In this document: positions 19,845 through 30,669 of the stretch, one piece after another
How the letters are laid out: the number at the start of each line of letters is the position of its first letter
Numbering within the stretch: the stretch's first letter is position 1
From: Bacillaceae bacterium
GTDB taxonomy: Bacteria > Bacillota > Bacilli > Bacillales > Bacillaceae_L
Direction of reading: 5' to 3'
Length of the DNA stretch: 64,000 bases
Assembly (NCBI GenBank): GCA_041640535.1
Contig: JBEQAC010000001.1
Location: 17,083 to 81,082 of the forward strand
Notes under the pieces: generated by a model
The model's input: the letters and a program-made list of their open reading frames with translations, nothing else
What the model was told of the DNA's origin: nothing
The model's database searches: none
Program-made: the position numbers and the translations under genes

Positions 19845-21215
19845 ATGGCAGAATTAAATGAAAAAGAGTTGATGGAAGAAGAGCAAATGTTTCGGGCAAT
19901 AACAGATGACAATATGAAAGAATTAAGAAAGCAACTACTAGAACTTCACCCATATGATCAGGCAAAGTTCTTTGCAAAGCTCTCAAAGGAAGAGAGAACT
20001 CAAATGTATCAATATTTTTCCCCAGAAGAAATGGCGGATATTTTCGAGAATATCGAAATTGAAGATACGAATTATGATGAGTTTTTATCTGAGATGCACC
20101 CTACATTCGTTGCTAATATGCTAGCGAAAATGTATGCAGATAATGCTGTAGATGTATTAAATGAGCTAAATAAAGATCAAGTGGCCAGCTATTTAACGAT
20201 CATGGATGATGAAGCAGCAAGAGAAATCAAAGATCTCCTTCATTATGAAGAATATACTGCTGGTAGTATCATGACAACGGAGTTTATCGCCATAAAGGAA
20301 TATCAAACCGTCCGGTCTGCGATGCAAATCTTAAAAGCAGAAGCACCTCGAGCAGAAACGATTTATTATGTCTATGTCGTAGATGAGGATAAAAGATTAA
20401 CTGGCGTAATTTCTCTTCGTGATCTAATTGTTACCGATGATGATACGTTTTTGTCTGAGATTATGTATGATCGTGTGGTCTCTGTATCTGTTGCAGAAGA
20501 CCAAGAGGAAGTTGCACGAAAAATGAAAGACTATAATTTTTTAGCTCTTCCGGTCGTTGATTTTCAAAATCACTTACTTGGGATTATAACTGTAGATGAC
20601 ATTATTGATGTAATGGCTGAAGAAGCAACTGATGACTATTCCAAATTAGCCGGGGTATCGGATATGGATGGGATTGATAAAAATCCACTAGCGAGTGCTA
20701 AAAAACGTTTACCATGGTTGATTATTTTACTATTTCTTGGAATGTTAACTGCGAGTATTATTGGTCGGTTTGAAGCAACATTAGATCAAGTGGCGATATT
20801 AGCAGTCTTTATTCCCTTAATAGCCGGGATGGCCGGTAATACGGGAACGCAAGCTCTAGCAGTTGCAGTTAGAGCAATAGCAACAGGAGATTTCGAAAAA
20901 GAAAAAAAGTCAAAATTAATTTATCGAGAAGCGGGGACAGGGGTAATTACAGGTGCGACTTGTGGTCTTTTAGTGGTATTGATTGTATTTATATGGAAAA
21001 CAGATATATTTTTAGGAGTATTAGTGGGAGTATCTATTTTTATCACGCTTATTGTCGCGACATTGGCAGGTGCATTAGTTCCCCTCCTTATGCATAAGTT
21101 AAAGATTGACCCAGCAGTAGCTTCTGGACCATTTATTACAACGATTAATGACTTAATCAGTGTCATGATATACTTTGGATTGGCTACTACCTTCATGCAC
21201 TATTTATTGAAGTAA
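19845..21215 (+). CDS. mgtE: Magnesium transporter MgtE
   Basis: Acidic N-domain, CBS pair (TAGSIMT, LGIITVDD), RLPWL, GNTGTQ, DPAVASGPFITTIND. Confidence 0.96.
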   Translation: MAELNEKELMEEEQMFRAITDDNMKELRKQLLELHPYDQAKFFAKLSKEERTQMYQYFSPEEMADIFENIEIEDTNYDEFLSEMHPTFVANMLAKMYADNAVDVLNELNKDQVASYLTIMDDEAAREIKDLLHYEEYTAGSIMTTEFIAIKEYQTVRSAMQILKAEAPRAETIYYVYVVDEDKRLTGVISLRDLIVTDDDTFLSEIMYDRVVSVSVAEDQEEVARKMKDYNFLALPVVDFQNHLLGIITVDDIIDVMAEEATDDYSKLAGVSDMDGIDKNPLASAKKRLPWLIILLFLGMLTASIIGRFEATLDQVAILAVFIPLIAGMAGNTGTQALAVAVRAIATGDFEKEKKSKLIYREAGTGVITGATCGLLVVLIVFIWKTDIFLGVLVGVSIFITLIVATLAGALVPLLMHKLKIDPAVASGPFITTINDLISVMIYFGLATTFMHYLLK

Positions 21216-21253
21216 TCATTTTATTTAGTCTTAGAAAAAGAGGAGGTAATAAA

Positions 21254-23119
21254 ATGGAACACGGTCCTTCAGTTACATCACTTGTTATTGTATTAGTTAT
21301 TGCATTTTTAACTCCAATTTTATTAAACAGATTACGATTAAATGTGATTCCAGTTGTTGTGGCCGAAATCATAATGGGATTAATTATTGGAAAAAGTGGT
21401 TTTAATATCGTTCACGAGGATATTTGGCTTGAAACCTTATCATTACTTGGCTTTTTATTTTTAATGTTTTTAAGTGGATTAGAAATTGATTTCTCAGCTT
21501 TTACGAGCAAAAAGAAAAAAGAAATACTGCCAAGCGGTAAAGAGGCCCCTAATGCATTTGTCGTTTCAACGATCGTATTTATCGGGATTTTTGGGCTTTC
21601 CTTGCTATTATCCTATTTGTTTGTTTTAGCAGGATTTATTGAAAATGCCTTTTTAATGACGCTTATTATTTCAACGATCTCTTTAGGGGTAGTGGTACCT
21701 ACCCTTAAAGATGCACAAATCATGAAATCAAATATAGGGCAAATCATTCTATTAGTTGCTGTGATTGCTGACCTGGTAACGATGATTCTGCTTGCTGTTT
21801 TTGCATCGGTATATGGTGAAGAAGGGTCTAATATCTATTTGATGTTATTCTTGTTTGTGGCAGTGGTGCTACTCTACTTCTTTGGGAAGTATTTCAAACA
21901 TCTTTCGTTCTTAGAAGCCATGTCAAAGGGGACCATTCAAATTGGAACGAGAGCGGTTTTTACCTTAATTATTGTCCTTGTTGCATTATCTGAGACAGTT
22001 GGTGCTGAAAATATATTAGGAGCGTTTTTGGCAGGGGTATTAGTGTCTCTATTGGCACCGAATTCAGATTTGATACATAAGCTCGATTCATTTGGGTATG
22101 GGTTCTTAATTCCTATCTTTTTTGTGATGGTCGGTGTTAATCTTAATTTATGGGATCTTTTTGAAGACCCAATGATTCTTCTCTTAATCCCGTTATTATT
22201 TATTGCGCTTGTTGTGTCAAAGATGATTCCGATCATGTATTTAAGGAAATGGTATGATTGGAAACGTGTCCTTGCAGCGGGTTCATTATTAACATCAACC
22301 CTCTCTTTAGTCATCGCAGCTGCTACGGTTGGTGAGAGGATGGGAGTAATTGATTATAGAATGTCTGGAGCTCTTATACTAGTAGCAGTAATTGCAAGTA
22401 TTGTGACTCCAATTGGCTTTAAGAAACTATACCCAAAACAGAAAAACGATGAGGTGAAAATAAAAGTCGCGTTTATTGGCGCAAACCAAACGACCTTGCC
22501 AGTCACAAGAGAATTAAACTCAAATATGTATGAGACGACTTTAATACATGCCAATCAAGAGAAAATTGAAAATAACAACGCAGATTCCCTATTTAATATT
22601 GTTCAGATTAAAGATTATTCAATAGAAACATTAAAACACCATCTTGTATTTGATGTGGATATTTTGGTGATAGCTACTGGAAATGAAGAGCGAAATTTTG
22701 AGCTGGCGAAATTCGCAAAAGAATATGGAGTTTCCCGTGTGATTGCAAGTATAGAATCTCCAAAGCTTGGAGAAGAATTAAAACAATACCAAGTTGAAAT
22801 ATTCTCTGTACTATTATCTACAAAGACTTTATTAAGGGCATATGTTGAAGCACCAAGCTTAATACAGTTATTAACAAATCAAGAAACCTCTCTTTACCAA
22901 ATTAATATGCATAATCAGAAATATGATGGAATGATGCTACGTAATTTTCCTTTTACAGGAGATGTGATCTTTGTTCGAATTTTCCGCGGAATCGATTCAA
23001 TTGTTCCACACGGTGACACCGAGTTGAAGAGAGGGGATCGCCTGGTTGTTACGGGTAGTAGGGAGTATGTGGATGAATTAAAACGAGAAATGGAATTCCA
23101 TGGGGCGACAAATTACTAG
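21254..23119 (+). CDS. yjbQ: CPA2 cation:proton antiporter with TrkA-N/C domains (YjbQ)
   Basis: About 12-13 TM segments, LMFLSGLEIDF, ILGAFLAG, C-terminal RCK/TrkA-C (VPHGDT.L..GDRL). Confidence 0.92.
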   Translation: MEHGPSVTSLVIVLVIAFLTPILLNRLRLNVIPVVVAEIIMGLIIGKSGFNIVHEDIWLETLSLLGFLFLMFLSGLEIDFSAFTSKKKKEILPSGKEAPNAFVVSTIVFIGIFGLSLLLSYLFVLAGFIENAFLMTLIISTISLGVVVPTLKDAQIMKSNIGQIILLVAVIADLVTMILLAVFASVYGEEGSNIYLMLFLFVAVVLLYFFGKYFKHLSFLEAMSKGTIQIGTRAVFTLIIVLVALSETVGAENILGAFLAGVLVSLLAPNSDLIHKLDSFGYGFLIPIFFVMVGVNLNLWDLFEDPMILLLIPLLFIALVVSKMIPIMYLRKWYDWKRVLAAGSLLTSTLSLVIAAATVGERMGVIDYRMSGALILVAVIASIVTPIGFKKLYPKQKNDEVKIKVAFIGANQTTLPVTRELNSNMYETTLIHANQEKIENNNADSLFNIVQIKDYSIETLKHHLVFDVDILVIATGNEERNFELAKFAKEYGVSRVIASIESPKLGEELKQYQVEIFSVLLSTKTLLRAYVEAPSLIQLLTNQETSLYQINMHNQKYDGMMLRNFPFTGDVIFVRIFRGIDSIVPHGDTELKRGDRLVVTGSREYVDELKREMEFHGATNY

Positions 23120-23177
23120 AAGGGCTTTGGGATTATTATCTTTTTTCTAGAAATATTAGATATTTATAAAATAAATA

Positions 23178-23207
23178 TGATATACTAAATTTAAGACTAG
23201 GTACTAA
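23178..23207 (+). promoter_or_regulatory. fabI extended -10 promoter and FapR operator
   Basis: TGaTATACT (23178-23186). TTAAGACTAGGTACTAA (23191-23207) is the reverse complement of TTAGTACCTAGTCTTAA, matching the FapR 17-bp box. Confidence 0.8.
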
Positions 23208-23241
23208 TAACTTGTAATAAAAATAGTAGGAGGACATAAAC

Positions 23242-24015
23242 ATGTCATTATCATTAAAAGGTCGTACATATGTAGTCATGGGAGTTGCAAATAAAAGAAG
23301 TATTGCATGGGGAATTGCTCGTGCTCTTCATGATTCAGGCGCTCGCTTAATCTTTACATATGCGGGTGAGAGATTGGAAAAAAGTGTTCGTGATCTTGCT
23401 GAATCACTTGAAGGAACCGAAAGTCTTGTCCTTCCTTGTGATGTTACGAGTGATGAAGATATTCAACAATGCTTTTCACAAATTAAAGAGCAAGTTGGTG
23501 TGATTCATGGGGTTGCTCATTGTATTGCATTTGCAAATAAAGAAGAGTTAGAAGGAGACTACTTGAATACAACACGTGATGGGTTCATGCTAGCTCATAA
23601 TATAAGTTCTTATTCTTTAACAGCTGTAGCAAAAGAGTGTAAGAATTTAATGACAGAAGGCGGTAGCATTGTTACATTAACATATCTTGGAGGAGAAAGA
23701 GTGCTTCCAAACTATAATGTTATGGGTGTTGCGAAAGCCTCTTTAGAAGCAAGTGTAAGATATTTGGCTAGCGATTTAGGGAAAAATGGAATTCGTGTGA
23801 ACTCCATTTCAGCTGGACCAATTCGTACATTATCAGCAAAAGGCATCAGTGATTTTAATAGCATTCTTAAACAAATTGAAGAGCGCGCACCACTTCGCCG
23901 TACAACAACTCCAGAAGAAGTAGGAGATACTGCAGCATTCTTATTCAGTGACATGTCACGTGGAATTACTGGAGAGAACATTCACGTTGACTCAGGATAC
24001 CATATCTTAGCTTAA
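23242..24015 (+). CDS. fabI: Enoyl-ACP reductase
   Basis: GVANKRSIAWG, YNVMGVAKASL (Y-x6-K), ISAGPIRTL. Confidence 0.98.
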   Translation: MSLSLKGRTYVVMGVANKRSIAWGIARALHDSGARLIFTYAGERLEKSVRDLAESLEGTESLVLPCDVTSDEDIQQCFSQIKEQVGVIHGVAHCIAFANKEELEGDYLNTTRDGFMLAHNISSYSLTAVAKECKNLMTEGGSIVTLTYLGGERVLPNYNVMGVAKASLEASVRYLASDLGKNGIRVNSISAGPIRTLSAKGISDFNSILKQIEERAPLRRTTTPEEVGDTAAFLFSDMSRGITGENIHVDSGYHILA

Positions 24016-24028
24016 GCATTACAAGGCC

Positions 24029-24063
24029 AAGCCATCTTGCATTAAATTGCAAGATGGTTTTTT
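24029..24063 (+). terminator. Terminator after fabI
   Basis: CCATCTTGCA-ttaaat-TGCAAGATGG followed by T6. Confidence 0.9.
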
Positions 24064-24127
24064 GCTTTCATTTTGCTCCCTTTTCATCCAACCTTTCTAT
24101 AATTAGGAAAAAAGAGGAGGTAATTCA

Positions 24128-24802
24128 ATGAAAATCATCGTGGATGCTGGACATGGGTTTGAAACACCAGGAAAAAGAACACCTGATGGAATGAAGGAGT
24201 ATGAATTTAATCGAGAGGTTGCTAATGAAGTGAAAAGAATGCTTACTCAATATGAAAATGTAGAGGTATATTTTACTCACTCAGATTCTAGAGATGTTCC
24301 TCTAGCTGAACGGACAAAAAAAGCAAATCAATTAAAGGCAGATTTATTTTTATCTATACATGCAAATGCATATGGAACTGGTTCTTGGAATGAAGCGAAT
24401 GGGATTGAAACTTATATTTATACATTGAAGGATGTGAAAGCATATGGAATAGCAAAGTTGATTCATAAATACCTTATTCATTTGACTAGAAGGAAAGACA
24501 GGGGAGTGAAAGCAGGTGACTTCCTTGTGCTACGAGAAACAAAAATGACAGCGATCTTATGTGAATGTGGTTTTATGACACATCGGGAGGAAGCTCTGCT
24601 ATTAAAATCGACTACCTATCGAAAAACTTGTGCAGAGGCAATTTTGAAAGGATTAGTAGAATTTTATAATTTAAAACTTAAATCAGTTGGACTATGGAAG
24701 GTTCAGGTAGGTGCGTTTTCTAAAAAGGAAAATGCCGAAACGTTAGCAGGTGAACTAAAGGAGAACGGGTATCAAGCATTTGTTTTTTATGACCAAAAAT
24801 AG
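24128..24802 (+). CDS. N-acetylmuramoyl-L-alanine amidase (Amidase_3) with C-terminal SPOR repeat, CwlC-like
   Basis: DAGHG, E, SIHAN and CECGF zinc ligands; WKVQVGAFS..ENAE SPOR motif; no signal peptide. Confidence 0.9.
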   Translation: MKIIVDAGHGFETPGKRTPDGMKEYEFNREVANEVKRMLTQYENVEVYFTHSDSRDVPLAERTKKANQLKADLFLSIHANAYGTGSWNEANGIETYIYTLKDVKAYGIAKLIHKYLIHLTRRKDRGVKAGDFLVLRETKMTAILCECGFMTHREEALLLKSTTYRKTCAEAILKGLVEFYNLKLKSVGLWKVQVGAFSKKENAETLAGELKENGYQAFVFYDQK

Positions 24803-24818
24803 GAATGATTCATATTTT
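24791..24818 (+). promoter_or_regulatory. Sigma-K-like promoter at the head of the glycan cluster
   Basis: GACC-N16-CATATTTT fits the sigma-K consensus mACm-N16-CATA---T. Confidence 0.6.
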
Positions 24819-24850
24819 AAAAGGAGGCATCATTAAGGAAGGAGCATTTG

Positions 24851-26149
24851 ATGATGGTAAAGGTAACAGTAATTCTAACAAGCTATAATAAACCAACTAC
24901 AGTTGGAACTGCCATTGAAAGTGTCCTTAATCAAACATTAAAGGATTGGGAGCTTTATATTATGGATGATGCATCAAATCAGGAAACAAATGAAGTGATC
25001 GATTCATATTTAAATAATGACCATATTTATTATTTTAATAGTCAAATAAACGATGGTGATCGTTATAAAACAACAAGGTATGCTACATTAATTAATCAAG
25101 CACTCTCGTTATGTAATGGAGAGTATATTTCATATTTAACCGATGATGATGTTTATTTACCTAATCGACTAGAAGTCATGTCTCAATATCTAGACGAACA
25201 TTCAAATATAGATGTTGTTTATTCAAAGCAAAAAATAAAATACGTAGATGAGAAGCAAAATGTGTTAGCTGAAAAATTGAGGGATACACATGGTATTCTT
25301 ACACAACCGGAAAACTTGGTTGATCATTGCTCTGTTATGCATAGAAAAAGCTTAAATCATAAGGTTTTAGATAAGTATGGAAGTATTTGGGATGATGATC
25401 CTTCCTATTGGCATAATGGAGACGCTGCTTTTTGGTCCAGATTAGCAAGCTTTCAACCTTTTTATCCAATTAATCAAGTATTGGGGATTAGTTTTAAAGG
25501 ACCGAATTCCTTTCAAAGCTTAAATGAATTTTTACCAGAAAGAATTCCGAATGGAACTTTAGTAAGGGGACTAACAAAAAAAGTGTTTTTAATAGACAAT
25601 CAAACTAGAAGAGAAATTTCAGAAAAAATGCTATCTGAATTAAAGTATATTGCTCAAAACATTGTTTCAGTTCCTGATCCATCTTTGTTTAAATATAGTG
25701 AGGGACCAAAAATTGATGAATCAATCTATTTGTTTCCTCAACATTTTCCTAATCAAAGACTAATAAGAGGGGAGGCAGAGGACGCAATTTATTATATTGA
25801 GCAAAACAGAAAGAGAATCATTTCTAATCGGTCTGCATTTTTAAAATATCAATTTAATGAACATGAAGTCATCCCAGTTTCCGAGAAACTGATTCGAAAA
25901 ATACCTGAAGGTCCTGTCATCTATGCAAATTTACGTAAAACAGGCGTTTTACCAGATGGTTTACTATTTAAAAAAGGCCGTAGATACTTTTTAAGTGAGG
26001 AGAATGAACTTCATGAGCTCGATTTATTTGTTCTAAAAAAATTAAACCGGTCGGTGAGAAAAGGGATAGAACTTAACAACATGGAATTTGCTAAATGCAA
26101 AATTGGAAAACCATTTCAATGGAAATTAAAAAAATGGGATTCAGAATAA
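24851..26149 (+). CDS. cgeD: Spore maturation glycosyltransferase CgeD (SpsA-like GT2)
   Basis: ILTSYNKP, IMDDAS, TRYATLINQAL, YISYLTDD, VDHCSVMHR, WHNGDAAFW, plus C-terminal VPDPSLFKY/EGP repeats as recalled for CgeD. Confidence 0.8.
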   Translation: MMVKVTVILTSYNKPTTVGTAIESVLNQTLKDWELYIMDDASNQETNEVIDSYLNNDHIYYFNSQINDGDRYKTTRYATLINQALSLCNGEYISYLTDDDVYLPNRLEVMSQYLDEHSNIDVVYSKQKIKYVDEKQNVLAEKLRDTHGILTQPENLVDHCSVMHRKSLNHKVLDKYGSIWDDDPSYWHNGDAAFWSRLASFQPFYPINQVLGISFKGPNSFQSLNEFLPERIPNGTLVRGLTKKVFLIDNQTRREISEKMLSELKYIAQNIVSVPDPSLFKYSEGPKIDESIYLFPQHFPNQRLIRGEAEDAIYYIEQNRKRIISNRSAFLKYQFNEHEVIPVSEKLIRKIPEGPVIYANLRKTGVLPDGLLFKKGRRYFLSEENELHELDLFVLKKLNRSVRKGIELNNMEFAKCKIGKPFQWKLKKWDSE

Positions 26150-26172
26150 ATAAAGAAAGGGAGGAAATAAAA

Positions 26173-27285
26173 GTGGAAGAAGGAGTGAACCTCATTGGAG
26201 GAATTCGGACAGAAACAGGAATAGGTGAATCTTGTAGAATTGCAGCCAATGGTTTTAGTGCAGCAAACATTCCATTTGGAATTATCAATTTTATTATGAA
26301 CAAACAAACGAAAAATCAAGATCGATCATGGATCAAAAAGGAAACAACAATCCCTAGTTATAACACAAATATATTCCATGTAAACGCAAGCCACATACCT
26401 TTAGCATATCAACACTTTGGGGATTCATTATTTATGGACCGATATAATATTGGCTATTGGGCATGGGAGCTTCAGGAATTCCCTGATAAATGGCTAGATA
26501 GCTTTGACTTGGTTGATGAAGTTTGGGTACCATCCACTTTTGTAAAAGAAGCAATTGAAAAGAAATCTCCAGTTCCAGTTATTACAATTCCCCACAGCAT
26601 TGAAGTTCCCCTCTTTAATAGAATAACTCGTTCCTATTTTTCAATCCCAAGAGGCCGTTTTTTGTTTTTTTCAATGTATGATGTTTTAAGCCTTCAAGAA
26701 CGAAAAAATCCACAAGCCGTGATTGCAGCTTTTAAGAAAGCGTTTAATAGGAATGATCCCAGTGTTGGTCTTGTTATTAAAATAAACAATAGTTATAAAA
26801 ATTTGAAAGAAGTTGATCTTCTAAAAAAAGAAGTCATTGGATATAGGAATATCTTTCTAATTAACAAAGTTCTTAATCGGATAGAAATTAACGGCCTTCT
26901 AAATTCAGTTGATTGTTTTGTATCCTTGCATCGTTCAGAAGGCTTCGGACTAGGGTTAGCTGAAGCGATGTACTTAGGCAAACCAGTCATTGCAACAGGT
27001 TGGTCTGGTAATCTTGAGTTTATGTCAGAAGAGAATTCGCTTCTAGTCGATTATGAAATGACAAAAATAGGGGAGAATGTAGGTCCTTACACTCATGATC
27101 AAATGTGGGCAGAACCAGATGTCGATACTGCTGCTCAGCATATGAAGGAAATATGTAAAGATAGAAACAAAGCGGAGCAGATAGGGATTGCAGGGAAAAA
27201 AACCATTCATACTCAATTTTCCCCATCGGTTATTGGCGCTTTAGCGAAAAATAGATTAGAATTTCTTGGCTTATTAACTGATTAA
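26173..27285 (+). CDS. GT4 glycosyltransferase
   Basis: IGYWAWEL, RKNP, SLHRSEGFGLGLAEAM. Likely GTG start at 26173 after SD GGGAGG. Confidence 0.9.
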   Translation: MEEGVNLIGGIRTETGIGESCRIAANGFSAANIPFGIINFIMNKQTKNQDRSWIKKETTIPSYNTNIFHVNASHIPLAYQHFGDSLFMDRYNIGYWAWELQEFPDKWLDSFDLVDEVWVPSTFVKEAIEKKSPVPVITIPHSIEVPLFNRITRSYFSIPRGRFLFFSMYDVLSLQERKNPQAVIAAFKKAFNRNDPSVGLVIKINNSYKNLKEVDLLKKEVIGYRNIFLINKVLNRIEINGLLNSVDCFVSLHRSEGFGLGLAEAMYLGKPVIATGWSGNLEFMSEENSLLVDYEMTKIGENVGPYTHDQMWAEPDVDTAAQHMKEICKDRNKAEQIGIAGKKTIHTQFSPSVIGALAKNRLEFLGLLTD

Positions 27286-27367
27286 TGGACGGATTAACTA
27301 TAACAATTTTTATTTCTAACATAGGTTATAGGTATAAGAAATAAAGAACGCTGGAAGGAAGGGGAAT

Positions 27368-28675
27368 ATGAAGCTTATTTTGCTTTCAGGAGGCGCTGGT
27401 AACCGGTTATGGCCTTTATCCAATGATTTCCGACCTAAACAATTTTTAAAATTATTAAAAAACAAAAATAATCAATTTGAATCCATGGTGAAACGTGTCT
27501 GGAGTCAATTAGAATTATTAAACGTAACAAATCAGTGCTATTTTATAACGAGCGAATCACAAGTAGAAATCATAAAAAGCCAACTAGGTAATGATGTTCC
27601 TTTAATTCTAGAACCGGAGCAACGTGATACCTTTCCCGCCATTGCATTGGTAGCGAGTTATTTATATTCTGTTGAGCAGATTGACTTAGATGAAGTAATA
27701 TGTATCCTTCCAGTAGATCATGATGTGGAGGATCATTTTTATCAGGTGATTTGGGGGATGGAAAAAGTAGTGGAGGAAACTTCAGCAGACATTTCATTAA
27801 TTGGAGTACGGCCAATGAAGCCTTCGGAGAAATACGGTTATATCGTACCAGGGCAAAAAGAAGATGCTGTGTATGGAAATGAGTATTTTCCAGTTGCTCG
27901 TTTTATTGAGAAGCCAAGTATGGAGGAAGCTATAGAGTTGATAAAAGAAGAGGCTCTTTGGAATTGTGGTGTCTTTTCATTTACCTTAAAATATATGATT
28001 TCATTGCTAACAAAGAAAGGTTTACCAACGAATTATCATGAACTTATAAAAATATATAGTCAATTACCAAAGATTAGCTTTGATTATGAGGTACTTGAAA
28101 AAGCGAAGGAAGTAGTGGTTGTCCCTTACAATGGCTATTGGGAAGATCTCGGTACATGGGACTCCTTAACAAAGGTGCTAGACCATTGTTTAATCGGGAA
28201 AGGATTTATTAGCGAAGATTCAAAAAATACACATCTTATTAATGAACTAACTACACCAATTAACATCCTTGGAATATCTGATGCTGTTATTGTTGCAAGC
28301 TATGATGGTATTTTAGTCACTGATAAAAAATCAAGTATTCATGTTAAAGATTTATTGCGTGATTTAGATCAAAAGTCATATGAAGACCAAAATGGGTTTT
28401 CGTGTCGTGTGTTAGATTATTGTCGAGATTCAATGGGGAATGAAATGATTACTAGAAAATTAAAGATTATAAAAGGGAAAAAAATGGGGAATAACTTCAG
28501 TACAAACCAAGATCAAACATGGACGATTATTTCAGGAGAAGCTGAAATAATCATAAATGGAATCACTTATCATGTAAAACAAGGAGATATTTTAAAGGGA
28601 TCAGTTCAATCAGGATACGAAATTTGTGCTTTAACGAATCTCGAAATGATTGAGGTCCAATTTAGAAAGGAATAA
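27368..28675 (+). CDS. manC: Mannose-1-phosphate guanylyltransferase-like protein with C-terminal cupin
   Basis: LSGGAGNRLWPLS..RPKQF, EPEQRDT, PVDH, YGYI, FIEKP, WNCG, ISFDY, WEDLGTW. Confidence 0.85.
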   Translation: MKLILLSGGAGNRLWPLSNDFRPKQFLKLLKNKNNQFESMVKRVWSQLELLNVTNQCYFITSESQVEIIKSQLGNDVPLILEPEQRDTFPAIALVASYLYSVEQIDLDEVICILPVDHDVEDHFYQVIWGMEKVVEETSADISLIGVRPMKPSEKYGYIVPGQKEDAVYGNEYFPVARFIEKPSMEEAIELIKEEALWNCGVFSFTLKYMISLLTKKGLPTNYHELIKIYSQLPKISFDYEVLEKAKEVVVVPYNGYWEDLGTWDSLTKVLDHCLIGKGFISEDSKNTHLINELTTPINILGISDAVIVASYDGILVTDKKSSIHVKDLLRDLDQKSYEDQNGFSCRVLDYCRDSMGNEMITRKLKIIKGKKMGNNFSTNQDQTWTIISGEAEIIINGITYHVKQGDILKGSVQSGYEICALTNLEMIEVQFRKE

Positions 28676-28734
28676 TTCAACTGAGGAATTGAATTAGTTT
28701 ATTTCGGACTAACAAAGGAGGTATTCTATTACAA

Positions 28735-29865
28735 ATGAAAGAGTATAAAAAGAGATTCCGACCATCCATTGGGATTGATGGTAGAGAGATAACCAATAAT
28801 GGGACTGGAATAGGGAGATACACAAAAAACTTAATTAATAATCTCCTTAAAATAGATGAAAAAACAAAATACTATTTACTGACGAACGGAGAAAATATTC
28901 AACTAGGAAAATATAATAATCTTACTGTGTTATCCTCAAAACCAATGAAAAAAGGGATATGGGAAAAGCACTTTGTTCCAGAAATGGTCAGGAAACACAA
29001 AATAAGTCTTTTTCATAATACAAGATCAGGTAATACCTTCTTTCAGCCCCTAGATATTCCATATATCACAACTGTCCACGATATCATCCCACTAAAATTC
29101 CAACACGAATTTCCAGAAAAAGTAGTTGAAAGGTGGAAAAATGCCCTTTCCCCATATCTTGAGCAAGCCGAACATATCATATCAGTAAGTAATAAGACTG
29201 CAGAAGATCTCATCGAGTGGTCTGGAATCAATAAGAAAAAGATTACTACCATCTATCAGGGGATTGACAATAGTGTGAAAAAACTTCCAAAAGATGAAGC
29301 TAGGCAAAAAATGAAGAATCATTATGGCCTTGAGCATCCTTATTTACTGACAATTGGAAGGAATCAGGAGTATAAGAACATTAAAACACTTTTACAAGCT
29401 TGTAGTATATTACCTGATCAAATAAAACAAGAGTATAAGCTAGTGATAACTGGAAATGGTGCTGAAAAGTACGAAGCTATAATAAGTGAATACAATCTAG
29501 AGGAATTTGTTAAACCACTAGGTTATGTTCCTGAAGAACTTTTACAATCATTATATTGTGGAAGTGAGGTCTTTATTTTCCCTTCCTTATATGAAGGTTT
29601 TGGTCTTCCGCCACTAGAAGCAATGGCATTTGGAGTTCCAGTTATTAGCTCGAATATGGAGACTATGACAGAAGTTCTGGGAGATGCTGCTATTTACTTT
29701 GATCCTAGAAATCCAAACGATATAGCTGAAAAAATTACACAAATGTTAAACGAACCACTCCTTTGTCATAAGATGGCTAAGAAAGGGGTAGAGCATGCAG
29801 AAAAATATTCTTGGGAAAAGACGGCTCGCAAAACACTAAATCTTTATCAAAATATTTTAGAATAG
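28735..29865 (+). CDS. GT4 glycosyltransferase (MtfB-like mannosyltransferase)
   Basis: [39 protein letters not shown]. Confidence 0.9.
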   Translation: MKEYKKRFRPSIGIDGREITNNGTGIGRYTKNLINNLLKIDEKTKYYLLTNGENIQLGKYNNLTVLSSKPMKKGIWEKHFVPEMVRKHKISLFHNTRSGNTFFQPLDIPYITTVHDIIPLKFQHEFPEKVVERWKNALSPYLEQAEHIISVSNKTAEDLIEWSGINKKKITTIYQGIDNSVKKLPKDEARQKMKNHYGLEHPYLLTIGRNQEYKNIKTLLQACSILPDQIKQEYKLVITGNGAEKYEAIISEYNLEEFVKPLGYVPEELLQSLYCGSEVFIFPSLYEGFGLPPLEAMAFGVPVISSNMETMTEVLGDAAIYFDPRNPNDIAEKITQMLNEPLLCHKMAKKGVEHAEKYSWEKTARKTLNLYQNILE

Positions 29866-29876
29866 GAGGAGACCAG

Positions 29877-30629
29877 ATGAACGAAAAGAAAATTCCTATT
29901 TTTGTGCATATCCCAAAAACAGCTGGCTCTACAGTAAGAAGCATTTTAAGAAAACAGTATGATGAAAACGAAATCTGTTTTGGAAATAATGAGGAGGTCA
30001 CGTCAAGACTTCAAACGATGTGTGAAAAAGATCTAGAAAAAATAAAATGTTTTCATGGGCATTTTCATTATGGTATACATCAATATTTGTCAAACAAACC
30101 TTACGTGTATTACACAATGCTTAGGGACCCAATTGAACATGTGATATCGGAATATTTTTATGTCCTGCGTAAACCAAATAATTTCGCCTATGAAAAAGTA
30201 AAGGATATGAGTTTTGAAGAATTTATTTGTACAGAAGAATTTAAAGACCGCACGTCGAACCGACAGACTTTTTTTATTTCTGGTGGACAGGAAAATAATT
30301 TATTTCTAGCCAAAGAGAATCTAGAAAAGTTCTCCATTATAGGAATCACGGAAATGTTTGATGAGTCTTTATTTTTAATAGGGAAAGAATTAGGCTGGAA
30401 AGATATTTCGTATAGAAAGAAAAATGTGACGAAAAAACGCCCACAAATTGATGAATTCCCTAAACATGTTAAAGAAATTATTGAAGAAAATAATCAATTC
30501 GATATGGAGTTATATAGGTATGCAAAAGAATTATTAGAAAAGAGAATCGAAGGATTAGGCTCAAAGGAAAAAAATGAACTCAGACAATATCTTCTGTCAC
30601 AGCGGGCTCGAAATCGAAAATATGAATAA
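29877..30629 (+). CDS. Sulfotransferase (Sulfotransfer_2-like)
   Basis: 5'-PSB motif HIPKTAGST, 3'-PB motif LRDP..S.Y, IGITE.FDESL, N..DMELY. SD AGGAGG, ATG 29877. Confidence 0.85.
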   Translation: MNEKKIPIFVHIPKTAGSTVRSILRKQYDENEICFGNNEEVTSRLQTMCEKDLEKIKCFHGHFHYGIHQYLSNKPYVYYTMLRDPIEHVISEYFYVLRKPNNFAYEKVKDMSFEEFICTEEFKDRTSNRQTFFISGGQENNLFLAKENLEKFSIIGITEMFDESLFLIGKELGWKDISYRKKNVTKKRPQIDEFPKHVKEIIEENNQFDMELYRYAKELLEKRIEGLGSKEKNELRQYLLSQRARNRKYE

Positions 30630-30669
30630 ATAATTTAACGTGTGTATTATTGGGAAGGGTGATTTTTTA

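Noticed and set aside
28673-28698. AT-rich hairpin TAATTCAA-N8-TTGAATTA after manC
   Set aside because: Too weak to call as a terminator or operator from sequence alone.
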